Positions 54,213-64,000 of a DNA stretch of 64,000 bases are shown in pieces. The notes beneath the pieces were generated by a model. It saw nothing but the letters and a program-made list of their open reading frames with translations, did no database searches and had not been told where the DNA came from. The translations under genes were made by a program, and so were the position numbers. How positions within the stretch are numbered: the stretch's first letter is position 1; the number at the start of each line of letters is the position of its first letter. Where the stretch lies: contig JBBSAJ010000009.1 in NCBI GenBank assembly GCA_038252405.1, positions 3,670 through 67,669 of the forward strand, written 5' to 3'. Origin of the DNA: Actinomycetes bacterium (GTDB taxonomy: Bacteria; Actinomycetota; Actinomycetes; Prado026).

Positions 54213-54887
54213 GTGCACAGCAGGACTGAGGAAGGGGCACCGTGGCCACTTCGGGGACCTCTGCGGTCGAGGTCCGCCTTTCGCGGGCCGTCGGTGGCTG
54301 TGCTGGACTCGCTGACCGGGCTCGGTGGCCAGCTCACCGCGCCGTACCCGGAGAAGCTGATCTACGACGTCGTTGGGCTTCCGGCGATCCGGGGTCAGGC
54401 GCTGGTCGACAACGTGGTCCAGCAGGCCGAGGAGCTGGAGGTCGCCAAGGACCACGTCGTGGTCCGCACCGAGCCCACGAGGGGACGGTCGCCCGGGTGC
54501 TGTCGTCCTCGGTGAAGGTGCTGACGCCGTTCGAGGTCGCCGCCATCCACGGCGCCGACCGGGCGGAGTCGGTGAACCTCTCCAACAACAAGACCGACGA
54601 GCACCAGGCGCTCGAGGTGCAGGACGTGGTCGCCGCCCTGGGCCTCACCGCAGACGTGGGCCCGTCCACCCGCTGGGGGCTCGAGCAGCGCAGTGGGCCC
54701 ATCGATGTGGACAGCGGGATGCGAACCTCGCTGCCGCGAGTGTTCTCCGCCGGTGACATCACCGAGCACGATGGAAAGGTCCAGCTGCTCTTGATCGGGC
54801 TGGGCGAGGCGGCCACCGCGGTGACCAACGCGACGGCGGTCGTGCACCCCGGCGCGAAGCTGTTCCCCGGCCACTCCTCAGAGTTCC
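54213..54887 (+). pseudogene. ferredoxin-NADP+ reductase (thioredoxin-reductase-like, YumC type) remnant with internal deletions and a frameshift
   Basis: One frame retains SVAVLDSLTGLGGQLTAPYPEKLIYDVVGLPAIRGQALVDNVVQQAEE. The C-terminal segment HEGTVARVLSSSVKVLTPFEV...VFSAGDITEHDGKVQLLLIGLGEAATAVTNATAVVHPGAKLFPGHSS sits in a different frame. The GxGxxG FAD segment and about 170 aa of the NADP domain are missing. Confidence 0.55.
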
Positions 54888-54966
54888 CCTGGCCGGGTCG
54901 CAAGCCCCCGACCCGCGTCTGTAAGACTCAGCTGCAGCAGGCGCGGCAGCTATGGAAAGGATCACC

Positions 54967-56250
<1,284 letters not shown>

Positions 56251-56270
56251 GGGACGGTCCTGGTCGTCCG

Positions 56271-57299
56271 TCAGCGGGCGAGGCGCTGCGCTAGCCAGGT
56301 GAGTGACAGCGGGTAGCGGTAGTCGATGCCGCCGTGTTTCGCGTCGAACAGCTCGAAGTGCACCCGTTCGTCGGGGACGCCGACGGCGCTGAGCTGGCCG
56401 CGGAACGCCTGGGCACCGACGTCCAGGAAGTACTCGTCCGACGTCCCTGCGTCGATCCAGATCGCGCGCATCGAGCGCAGCGCGTCGGCGTGGAGCGGGG
56501 CCATCCGGACCGGGTCGACGTCCAGCCAGCGCTGCCACAGCTCGGGGACCAGCTCGCCGGTGACCGGGTCGAACGGCAGCCGCGGGGTGCCGTCCGGGTC
56601 CGCGGAGAAGCAGGCGGCCACGCCGTAGATCCCGAGGATCGTCTGGTCGCCGGGGCTGGTGAAGGACGTGCGGGTGGTGAAGTCGGCCCACCAGCGGGCC
56701 GGGTCGCCGTCGTAGGCGCGCAGGGCGCGGACCACCTGGCCGAACTCGGGGACGTAGCACAGCTCGTACAGCGAGTCGCCCGCGTGCGTGGCCAGGGCGC
56801 CGAACAGGTCCGGCCGCAGCATGGGTGTGATCATCGCGCCGAAGCCGCCGCTCGACTTGCCGGTGATGGCGCGCGACTCGCGGTCCGGCAGGGTGCGGTA
56901 CCGGGCGTCGACGAAGGGGACCACCTCGTCGCACAGGTAGGAGTGGTAGCGCCCGGTGCCGGGCGAGTCGACGAACTGCGAGCCGCCGTACGCCGTCCAC
57001 GCGTCGACGTAGACGACGATGCACGGCGGCGCCTCGCCGCTGGCGAAGACGGCGTCCGCAGTCTCGATGAACGGCTGCCGGAACGGCATCCGGTTGCGCC
57101 ACATCTGCAGGTGCCCGGTGTAGCCCTGGATGACGTACACGGTCGGGTACCGGACCTGCGGCGCGTCGTCGTAGCCGGGCGGCAGGTAGACCCACAAGGG
57201 CCGTTCGTGCGGGTCACCGAGCGGGTTGTCGGCCAGCAGGGCCGAGTCGATGACGAGCTCGTCGAGGCGGCCGGCCAGCGGTTGGAACCAAGGCAGCAT
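56271..57299 (-). CDS. esterase family protein (enterochelin esterase/S-formylglutathione hydrolase-like alpha/beta hydrolase)
   Basis: ATG 57299 is M420 of the track ORF. Motif GKSSGGFGA. Confidence 0.65.
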   Translation of the reverse strand: MLPWFQPLAGRLDELVIDSALLADNPLGDPHERPLWVYLPPGYDDAPQVRYPTVYVIQGYTGHLQMWRNRMPFRQPFIETADAVFASGEAPPCIVVYVDAWTAYGGSQFVDSPGTGRYHSYLCDEVVPFVDARYRTLPDRESRAITGKSSGGFGAMITPMLRPDLFGALATHAGDSLYELCYVPEFGQVVRALRAYDGDPARWWADFTTRTSFTSPGDQTILGIYGVAACFSADPDGTPRLPFDPVTGELVPELWQRWLDVDPVRMAPLHADALRSMRAIWIDAGTSDEYFLDVGAQAFRGQLSAVGVPDERVHFELFDAKHGGIDYRYPLSLTWLAQRLAR

Positions 57300-57380
57300 G
57301 CCTGCGACCCTAGCCCTCGACGCTCGGCCGTCCGTAACGTCTGGTTCGTCGACGGCGGTGGCGCTCCCTACGATCAGGGC

Positions 57381-58568
57381 GTGGACGCCGACCACCCGTG
57401 GGACGAGATCACGCTCGCCGAGCTGCGGGAGCGACGCAGCGCCAAGTGGGGTCGCTACCCCGCAGATGTGCTGCCGGCCTGGGTGGCGGAGATGGACCTG
57501 CCACTGGCCGGGCCGGTGACGGCGGCCCTGGCGGACCTGGTCCGCAGGTCGGACACCGGCTACATGGACCCGTTCAGCGACCGGACGGCGCGGGCCTGGG
57601 CCGACTTTTCCACGCGCGCCTGGGGCCACCAGGTCGACCCGTCGTTGGCCCGTGTCGTGCCGGACGTCGTCCGCGGGCTGGAGACGGTGCTGGCGGTCAC
57701 GGCACCGACCGGCGCGCCGGTCGTGGTGGACTCGCCCAGCTACCCGCCGTTCGTTGATGTGCTCGCCGTCACCGGCCGGCCCATGGTGCGGGTGGCCCTG
57801 GTCCGAGGGGCCGACCAGCGGTGGGTGCCGGACCTGGAGGCCGTCGAGGCCGCCTACGCGTCCGGGGCCCGGGTGCACCTGCTCTGCAACCCGCACAACC
57901 CCACCGGCACCGTGCTGCGCGTCGACGAGCTTCTGGCCCTCGCCGACCTGGCCGATCGCTACGGCGTGCTGGTGGTCGCCGACGAGATCCACGCTCCCCT
58001 CGTGCGCGAGGGCGTGCGGTTCAGCCCGTTCGCCTCGCTGGACCACCCGGTGGCCCGTCGGGCCGTCACCTTGGCGTCGGCGTCCAAGGCCTGGAACCTG
58101 GCCGGGCTGAAGTGTGCGCTGGTGCTCGGCGGCGCGGACGGGGGAGCCGATCTGCTCGCAGCTCTCCCGACGGAGCTGACCCTGGGTGCGTCGCTGTTCG
58201 GCCAGGTGGCCACGGAGGCGGCGCTGGAGTACGGAGGCCCCTGGCTGGCCGAGCTGCGCGGCTACCTGGACGTGGGCCTGGACCGGCTCGACGAGCTTCT
58301 CAGCGAGCACCTGCCAGACGTCCGCTGGACCCGCCCGGAGGGCACCTACCTGGCCTGGCTGGACTGCCGTGCCCTCGGGCTCGAGGGGGACGAGGAGGTC
58401 GACCCGGCCACCGCGTTCCTGCAGCGGGGGCGGGTGGCCCTCGGCGTCGGCACCGACTTCGGACCGCAGGGGGCGGGGCACGTGCGGCTGACCGCGGCGG
58501 TGCCGCACCCGTTGCTCGAGGAGGTCGTGCGTCGGATGGCGTCCGCGCTGCCCCACCGTCCCCGCTAG
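57381..58568 (+). CDS. PLP-dependent aminotransferase class I/II, MalY/PatB-type C-S lyase
   Basis: PLP-lysine motif ASASKAWNLAGLKCA. GTG start (alternative 57339). Confidence 0.7.
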   Translation: MDADHPWDEITLAELRERRSAKWGRYPADVLPAWVAEMDLPLAGPVTAALADLVRRSDTGYMDPFSDRTARAWADFSTRAWGHQVDPSLARVVPDVVRGLETVLAVTAPTGAPVVVDSPSYPPFVDVLAVTGRPMVRVALVRGADQRWVPDLEAVEAAYASGARVHLLCNPHNPTGTVLRVDELLALADLADRYGVLVVADEIHAPLVREGVRFSPFASLDHPVARRAVTLASASKAWNLAGLKCALVLGGADGGADLLAALPTELTLGASLFGQVATEAALEYGGPWLAELRGYLDVGLDRLDELLSEHLPDVRWTRPEGTYLAWLDCRALGLEGDEEVDPATAFLQRGRVALGVGTDFGPQGAGHVRLTAAVPHPLLEEVVRRMASALPHRPR

Positions 58569-58993
58569 TCGGGGGCGCCGGGCCGCCGCAGCCGTTTGAC
58601 CTCGGACCGCCGCTTCTTGCCGGCCATGCGCCTTTCGACGGAGGCCTTGCTGGCCCGGGTCGGTCGCCGTGCTCGTGGGGGAGGAGCGATCGCCGCGGCC
58701 AGCTCCTCGACCAGGCGACGCTCGGCCGCCTCGCGGTTGCGCAGCTGGGAGCGGTGCTCGGACGCCGTGACCGACAGCACGCCGTCCACCAGCCGCCCGG
58801 CCAGCCGGTCGAGCGCGCGCTGACGCAGCAGTGGGCTGAGCGCCCGCGAGTGCGCGACGTCGTACAGCAGCTCGACTCGCGAGTCGGTCGTGTTGACGCC
58901 CTGGCCGCCCGGGCCTGAGGACCGGGAGAAGCGCCAGGACAGCTCGGCCTCGGGGATGACGACCGAGCCGCGGACGCGCAGGTCGCTGGGCAC
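58565..58993 (-). CDS. arfB: alternative ribosome-rescue factor ArfB (peptidyl-tRNA hydrolase, GGQ family)
   Basis: SGPGGQGVN motif and a basic C-terminal tail. Confidence 0.75.
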   Translation of the reverse strand: MPSDLRVRGSVVIPEAELSWRFSRSSGPGGQGVNTTDSRVELLYDVAHSRALSPLLRQRALDRLAGRLVDGVLSVTASEHRSQLRNREAAERRLVEELAAAIAPPPRARRPTRASKASVERRMAGKKRRSEVKRLRRPGAPD

Positions 58994-59052
58994 GCGCCCA
59001 GTCTGCCGGGCCGGCCCCGGGTCGCGCTGGAGGGTCCTGTCAGACTCGGGGG

Positions 59053-59826
59053 GTGCCGGACCGGAGCTGGGACAGCTACGTCGCGCTGGGGGACTCGTTC
59101 ACCGAGGGGCTGGACGACCCGAGCGGCGACGGCGGCTACCGGGGCTGGGCCGACCGGGTCGCCGAGTCGCTCGCGGACCAGCAGCCCGGGTTCCGGTACG
59201 CCAACCTGGCCGTGCGTGGGCGGCTGCTGGGCGACGTCCTCCGTGACCAGGTACCCGCGGCGGTCGAGATGCGGCCCGCGCTGGTCAGCCTGGTCGGCGG
59301 AGTCAACGACATCCTGCGGCCCCGGGTGGACCTGGCCCTGGTGGGCCTGCAGCTCGAGGACGCCGTCCGCCGGCTGCGCGAGTCGGGGGCGGAGGTGCTG
59401 CTGTTCGTCGGGGTGGACCCCTCCCGGCGATCCCGACTCATGCAGCGGCTGATGCCGCGCATCCACGCGCTGAACGAGATCGTCGAGACGACGGCATCGG
59501 TCTACGGGTGCCGGGTCGCCTCGCTGTGGCAGGCGGAGGTGTTCGACGACGAGCGGCTGTGGAGCCCGGACCGGCTGCATCTTTCGATCGAGGGTCACCG
59601 CCGGGTGGCTGGCGCCGTCCTGGAGTCGCTCGGCTACGGGGACGACGCGTGGCGCGCACCGCTGCCGGTGACCGGTGCGAACGGTCCGCCGTCGCGCGCC
59701 CAAGCGCTGCGCGAGGACGCCCGGTGGGTGCGCCAGCACTTCGGGCCGTGGCTGGCCCGGCGCGTCCAGGGCAAGTCGTCCGGTGACGGCATCAGCGCCA
59801 AGCGCCCCGACCTGACCCCGCTGTGA
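59053..59826 (+). CDS. SGNH/GDSL hydrolase family protein
   Basis: GDSFTEG block I near the N-terminus. Confidence 0.7.
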   Translation: MPDRSWDSYVALGDSFTEGLDDPSGDGGYRGWADRVAESLADQQPGFRYANLAVRGRLLGDVLRDQVPAAVEMRPALVSLVGGVNDILRPRVDLALVGLQLEDAVRRLRESGAEVLLFVGVDPSRRSRLMQRLMPRIHALNEIVETTASVYGCRVASLWQAEVFDDERLWSPDRLHLSIEGHRRVAGAVLESLGYGDDAWRAPLPVTGANGPPSRAQALREDARWVRQHFGPWLARRVQGKSSGDGISAKRPDLTPL

Positions 59827-59837
59827 CCCCAGCCCGG

Positions 59838-60476
59838 TCAGTCGATGCGGACGACGCCGTGGGGGGTGCTGAAGTGGACGGCGACCAGGCCGGGCTCCTC
59901 GTCGTCCACCCACTCGATCTGCTGGTCGTCCACGACCGAGCTGGTCGGACCACCGAGCCACAGCTCGACGGCGTCCTCGTCCCCGCACAGGTCCAGCCGG
60001 TCGATGGCGATGTCACGGTTGGCCCCGGCCGACGGGTGGTGCTCGGCGTCGGTGAGCCACTGGATGAAGAACGGCAGCTGCGGGTCGGCCAGCAGGCCCT
60101 TCACCCCGATCTGCCGCCAGCGCAGGTCGAAGCCGTCCGGCCGGTGCCGGTTGCCCTCGACCGCCGGCCGGCCGAGCCGCTGCTCCAGCAGGCTCAGGTC
60201 GTCGACCGCGACCACCCAGCCGAGCCAGCCGCCGCCGAGCTCGGCCCGCTTTCGCACGGCCTGCCCGAACGGGGCCCGGTCGGCCGCCGGGTGGTCGAGC
60301 GCGGCGACGACCTCGAGGTACGTCCCGTGGGCCAGCGGAAGCACGAAGTTGCGGGTGCCGAAGCGGGGGTGCAGGCCACCGTCGGTGAGCGGCGCCCCCA
60401 GCAGTGCCCCGATGCGCTGTACGACGTCCGCGAGGTGCTCGGGGCTGGTGGCGTACGAGACGTGATCGAGGCGCAT
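59838..60476 (-). CDS. VOC family (glyoxalase/bleomycin resistance-like) protein
   Basis: ATG 60476 is M79 of the track ORF. Confidence 0.5.
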   Translation of the reverse strand: MRLDHVSYATSPEHLADVVQRIGALLGAPLTDGGLHPRFGTRNFVLPLAHGTYLEVVAALDHPAADRAPFGQAVRKRAELGGGWLGWVVAVDDLSLLEQRLGRPAVEGNRHRPDGFDLRWRQIGVKGLLADPQLPFFIQWLTDAEHHPSAGANRDIAIDRLDLCGDEDAVELWLGGPTSSVVDDQQIEWVDDEEPGLVAVHFSTPHGVVRID

Positions 60477-60523
60477 ACCCCGATCCTTCACCACCTTCCT
60501 GGAGCCGGTGCCCCCGGGGGTGC

Positions 60524-61158
60524 TCAGTGCACGGCCCGGACGGGGTACCGGCTGGACGACTGCACGCCGTCGAAGGCGACCTCCACGACCAGCTCGGGCT
60601 GAACCCGCACCAGGGACCGGTCCTGGTCGACCGCCCGGGCGGTGCCCTCCGGGTCGGGTGCGCCCAGGTGCAGGTTGGACAGCACCCCCGTGCGCCGGCC
60701 GTGTCCCCACTCGGCCGCGAGCACGACCAGGTCGAGCGTGTGCACCGGCTTCACCTTCACCCAGCCGGCGCCTCGCGGCCCAGCGCGTACGGCATGCTCA
60801 GCGACTTCGCCACCACGCCCTCGTGGCCGCGTGCCACCGCTGTCGCCAAGAACCGCTCGGCCTCCTCGGCCACCAGGTCGTCGCCGTCGACGTGCAGCGC
60901 GTCGGACGCCGACCCGGCGGACTGCGCGAGCATGGGTCGCAGCGGCTGCCCGGGACGCAGCCGGAACCGGGCCAGCCCGGCGCGGCCCTCGGCGAGCACG
61001 GCCGCGCACCCCGCTGCGCCGCTGAGGTAGGCCACCAGGACGGGCACGTCGCCAGGGCTGGCCCGGCGCAGCAGGTCGGCCACCAGCCCGACCTTGGCTG
61101 ACCTCGACGCCGTGCCAGCGACCAGCTCTGACGTCTCGGCGACCGCTGCGAGCAGCAT
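60524..61158 (-). pseudogene. ATP-dependent DNA ligase (LigB-like) remnant lacking the adenylation domain, with a frameshift and an OB-domain deletion
   Basis: N-terminus [47 protein letters not shown] and the PMLAQS segment are retained. The KxDG adenylation core is absent (DALHVDGDD joins directly to [24 protein letters not shown]). Then comes a frameshift near 60775-60790 before [39 protein letters not shown]...[19 protein letters not shown]. The remnant has about 211 codons against about 510 for intact LigB. Confidence 0.55.
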
Positions 61159-61299
61159 GCGCCGATTGTGTCGGGCGCCGGTGACAGCCAAGGTCCGGCG
61201 CCGGTCACCCAGGGCGATTACTCCATTCGGGTGATACGGGACCCGTGCGAACCGGTCGAACCGGACAGGAGCCTGTCCCTCGACCGAACGGATCCCACC

Positions 61300-62175
61300 G
61301 TGCGCCGCTCCCGACTCGGCACAGTCGTACTGGCCCTGGCGATCGCCCTGCTCGGATCTTTGGTGGTGGTCCCGTCCGCGCAGGCGGCACCCGGGGACAC
61401 GATGGTCGCCTCGGTCAACGCCTCCCGCCGGGCCGCCGGGCTGGCGCCGTACGCCGTCCGGGCCGACCTGGTCGCGGTCGCGCTGGGACAGGCGCAGCGG
61501 ATGGCCGCCTCGAACCGCCTCTACCACAACCCGAACCTGGCCACAGATGTGAAGGACTACGCGTGGGCCGGCGAGAACGTGGGCTACGGGCCGGACCTGG
61601 TGACCCTTCACCAGGCCTTCATGAACAGCCCCGCGCACCGGGCCAACATCCTGTCGGCCCGGTTCACCGAGATCGGCATTGCCGTGGTCGCCAAGGACGG
61701 CGTGCTGTGGGTGGCCGAGGTGTTCCGGCGTCCGTGGTCGGTCGGCAGCACCGCGAGCACCGCGGCCAAGACGACGACCAAGACGACGACCACGACGACC
61801 GCGCCCCGACCGGCCGCGACCAAGACGGCCGCCAGCAAGGCGGCCGCCACCCCGGTCAGGAGCGCCACGCCGAGCCCCAAGCCGGTCGCGGCGAAGCCGA
61901 CCCAGCCGCCGGTCGTGCCGGTGGCCGCGTCAACGGCCCCGAAGCCGACCGCCGCGCCGCCGGCGCCGACTCCGACCCCGGCCCCGGACGTCACCTGCGC
62001 GGCCACCCCTCAGGTGGCCATCAGCATCCAGCAGCTGGTCGACGAGGAGCACACCGTGCGTCAGGTCGAGCAGCTGCAGCGGCTGGTGACCGGCTTCCAG
62101 TGCGGCTCGGGACTGGCGCCCAGCGGGGTCCTCGACCAGGACACGCTCACCGCGCTCGCGCAGTCAGCGGCCTGA
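61300..62175 (+). CDS. secreted CAP (SCP/PR-1-like) domain protein with a Thr/Pro-rich linker and a C-terminal peptidoglycan-binding-like domain
   Basis: A GTG at 61300 gives a signal peptide (...ALAIALLGSLVVVPSAQAAPG). CAP motif GENVGYG...HRANIL, and C-terminal ...GFQCGSGLAPSGVLDQDTLTALAQ. Confidence 0.6.
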   Translation: MRRSRLGTVVLALAIALLGSLVVVPSAQAAPGDTMVASVNASRRAAGLAPYAVRADLVAVALGQAQRMAASNRLYHNPNLATDVKDYAWAGENVGYGPDLVTLHQAFMNSPAHRANILSARFTEIGIAVVAKDGVLWVAEVFRRPWSVGSTASTAAKTTTKTTTTTTAPRPAATKTAASKAAATPVRSATPSPKPVAAKPTQPPVVPVAASTAPKPTAAPPAPTPTPAPDVTCAATPQVAISIQQLVDEEHTVRQVEQLQRLVTGFQCGSGLAPSGVLDQDTLTALAQSAA

Positions 62176-62224
62176 CTCCCACCGGCTGAGACCCTCCTGA
62201 CACACTGCGGGTATGCAGGAGGAG

Positions 62225-62494
62225 ATGGCGGAGCGTGTGGTGGAGCTGCTGCGGGAGCGTGACGTGTTCGCCCACGTGGCGCGCCCGACGGCCTTCCGGT
62301 TCGGCGTCCGGATCGTCCTGCCGGACGGCCGGGAGGCACTCTGGGACACCGACGGCGCGGCCGGCCTGGAGGCCCAGGTGATGCTCGACGGCGTGCTGGT
62401 CGGCTTCGTCCCCACCATCCCCGGCTCGGAGGACTTCGACGAGGACGCCGTCGTCGACGCAATCGCCGGAGCCGACTACGGAAACGGCGGCTGA
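62225..62494 (+). CDS. hypothetical small acidic protein (89 aa)
   Basis: ATG 62225 follows CAGGAGGAG. Confidence 0.4.
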   Translation: MAERVVELLRERDVFAHVARPTAFRFGVRIVLPDGREALWDTDGAAGLEAQVMLDGVLVGFVPTIPGSEDFDEDAVVDAIAGADYGNGG

Positions 62495-62515
62495 ACCAGT
62501 CGTAGGGTGAGGGCC

Positions 62516-63718
62516 ATGGACCGCACTGCGCAGATCATCGCGTCGGAGGAGGCGCACGGCGCCCACAACTACCACCCGCTGGGTGTGGTCGTGTCCGAGG
62601 CGGAGGGCGCCTGGGTCACCGACGTCAACGGCAAGCGCTACCTGGACATGCTCTCGGCGTACAGCGCGCTGAACTTCGGGCACGGGCACCCCCGCGTCGT
62701 CGCCGCGCTGGAGGCGCAGCTGCACCGGGTGGCCCTCACCTCGCGGGCGTTCCACCACGACCAGCTCGGCCCGTTCTGCGAGGAGCTGGCGGACCTGTCC
62801 GGCCTCGACATGGTGCTGCCCATGAACACCGGCGCCGAGGCGGTCGAGACCGCCATCAAGATCGCCCGTGCCTGGGGGTACCGGGTCAAGGGCGTCCCGA
62901 GGGACCGGGCCCGGATCATCACGTGTGCGGGCAACTTCCACGGCCGGACGACGACCATCGTGTCCTTCTCCACCGACCCGACCGCCCGGGACGACTTCGG
63001 GCCGTACACGCCCGGGTTCGACACCGTGCCGTACGGCGACCTGGAGGCGCTGCGGGCGGCGCTGACCGACGACGACGTGGTGGCCTTCCTGGTCGAGCCG
63101 GTGCAGGGCGAGGCCGGCGTGATCGTGCCGCCGGCGGGGTACCTCACGGCCGCCCGTCAGCTGTGCGACGAGCGCGGCGTGCTGCTCGTGGCCGACGAGG
63201 TCCAGTCCGGGCTCGGCCGCACCGGCAAGACCTTCGCCTGCGAGCACGAGGGCGTGCAGCCCGACCTCTACGTGCTCGGCAAGGCGCTCGGGGGCGGGGT
63301 GCTCCCGGTGTCGGCCGTGGTCGGACGCCGTGAGGTCGTCGGGGTGATCCGCCCCGGTGAGCACGGCTCCACGTTCGGCGGCAACCCGCTGGCCGCCGCG
63401 GTAGGACGTGAGGTGATCGCGATGCTGCGGACGGGGGAGTTCCAGCAACGTTCCGCCGAGCTGGGGGAGCACATGCTTTCCCGGCTGCGCGACGAGGCCC
63501 CGGACACGGTCAAGGAGGTTCGCGGCGTGGGGCTGTGGGCCGGTATCGAGCTGCTCCCGGGCGCCGGGGAGGCCCGGGCCCGGTGCGAGCAGCTCCTCCA
63601 GGCGGGGGTGTTGGTCAAGGACACCCACCACACGACGCTGCGGCTGGCTCCGCCACTCGTCATCGGCGAGGCAGACCTGGACTGGGGCATCGACCAGGTG
63701 CTGACCGCGCTGCGCTGA
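62516..63718 (+). CDS. rocD: ornithine--oxo-acid aminotransferase (class III PLP aminotransferase)
   Basis: Motifs AHNYHPL, LVADEVQSGLGRTGK, and GKALGGG with the PLP Lys. Confidence 0.8.
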   Translation: MDRTAQIIASEEAHGAHNYHPLGVVVSEAEGAWVTDVNGKRYLDMLSAYSALNFGHGHPRVVAALEAQLHRVALTSRAFHHDQLGPFCEELADLSGLDMVLPMNTGAEAVETAIKIARAWGYRVKGVPRDRARIITCAGNFHGRTTTIVSFSTDPTARDDFGPYTPGFDTVPYGDLEALRAALTDDDVVAFLVEPVQGEAGVIVPPAGYLTAARQLCDERGVLLVADEVQSGLGRTGKTFACEHEGVQPDLYVLGKALGGGVLPVSAVVGRREVVGVIRPGEHGSTFGGNPLAAAVGREVIAMLRTGEFQQRSAELGEHMLSRLRDEAPDTVKEVRGVGLWAGIELLPGAGEARARCEQLLQAGVLVKDTHHTTLRLAPPLVIGEADLDWGIDQVLTALR

Positions 63719-63802
63719 GACTCGCCGTCCACAGCCCCGGTTCGTCCACAGCGCGGATCGGGGGCCGGCGCACCGGGCGGTACCGCCCGCAGGCTCGTCG
63801 GC

Positions 63803-64000
63803 ATGACTTCCGACATGCAGTCTCCTGACGGTTCCAGCGCTGTCCGGCTGGCACCCGAACGGGTGCGGATCAGCAGCCCGGGCGAGCTCATCGCCGCGGT
63901 GCCCTACCTGCTCGGCTTCGTCCCGGCCGACAGCCTCGTCGTCGTGGTCCTGGCCGGCGCCCGCCACGAGGTGGTGCTCGTCCAGCGGGGCGACCTGGGT
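63803..64000 (+). CDS. DUF4192 family protein, 5' partial (runs off the window end)
   Basis: N-terminus ...PGELIAAVPYLLGFVPADSLVVVVL is typical of DUF4192. Confidence 0.45.
   Translation, partial: MTSDMQSPDGSSAVRLAPERVRISSPGELIAAVPYLLGFVPADSLVVVVLAGARHEVVLVQRGDLG

Overview
This 64 kb window is a high-GC (about 70-72 %) actinobacterial chromosomal segment, densely coding, with roughly 75 protein genes and short or overlapping intergenic spacers (ATGA/GTGA overlaps are common). No rRNA, tRNA or CRISPR array was recognised. Housekeeping content includes a group-2 sigma factor (SigB/HrdD-like) with an adjacent PAC2 protein, phosphoglucomutase, citrate synthase, MurT/GatD lipid II amidation, RocD ornithine aminotransferase, ArfB, a CysA/SseA-type rhodanese with SufE, and a SURF1-like protein. 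Accessory content includes a complete group 3b (NADP-coupled, four-subunit) [NiFe]-hydrogenase operon that carries an embedded cNMP-binding protein, an endopeptidase and HypC. There is also a sulfide:quinone oxidoreductase (SQR)-DUF1641-TusE/DsrC-DsrE/DsrF-family sulfur cluster downstream of a perfect CRP box and an HTH-PocR regulator. Other accessory genes are a P1B-5-type ATPase with a C-terminal hemerythrin domain, two MFS exporters with MarR regulators, and an OatA-like acyltransferase. Two repeat families that I do not recognise stand out. The first is a MITE-like element of about 110-180 bp, built from two roughly 60 bp inverted arms, present in 7 full or partial copies. These copies repeatedly abut GNAT acetyltransferase genes and in places supply gene stop codons. 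The second is a 40-45 bp perfect palindromic hairpin family (TGTCAGGGTGA-GACG core) in 4 copies at gene 3' ends. A candidate structured RNA of about 400 nt with a strong terminator lies between a lipoprotein gene and the PAC2 gene. There are several decayed genes: an internally deleted ferredoxin-NADP reductase, an ATP-dependent DNA ligase (LigB) missing its adenylation domain, a YdeI fragment and a frameshifted GNAT. All coordinates come from the supplied ORF track plus residue counting, and motif positions are accurate to about +/-2 nt. No homology search could be run, so every functional call rests on recognisable sequence motifs and domain architecture.
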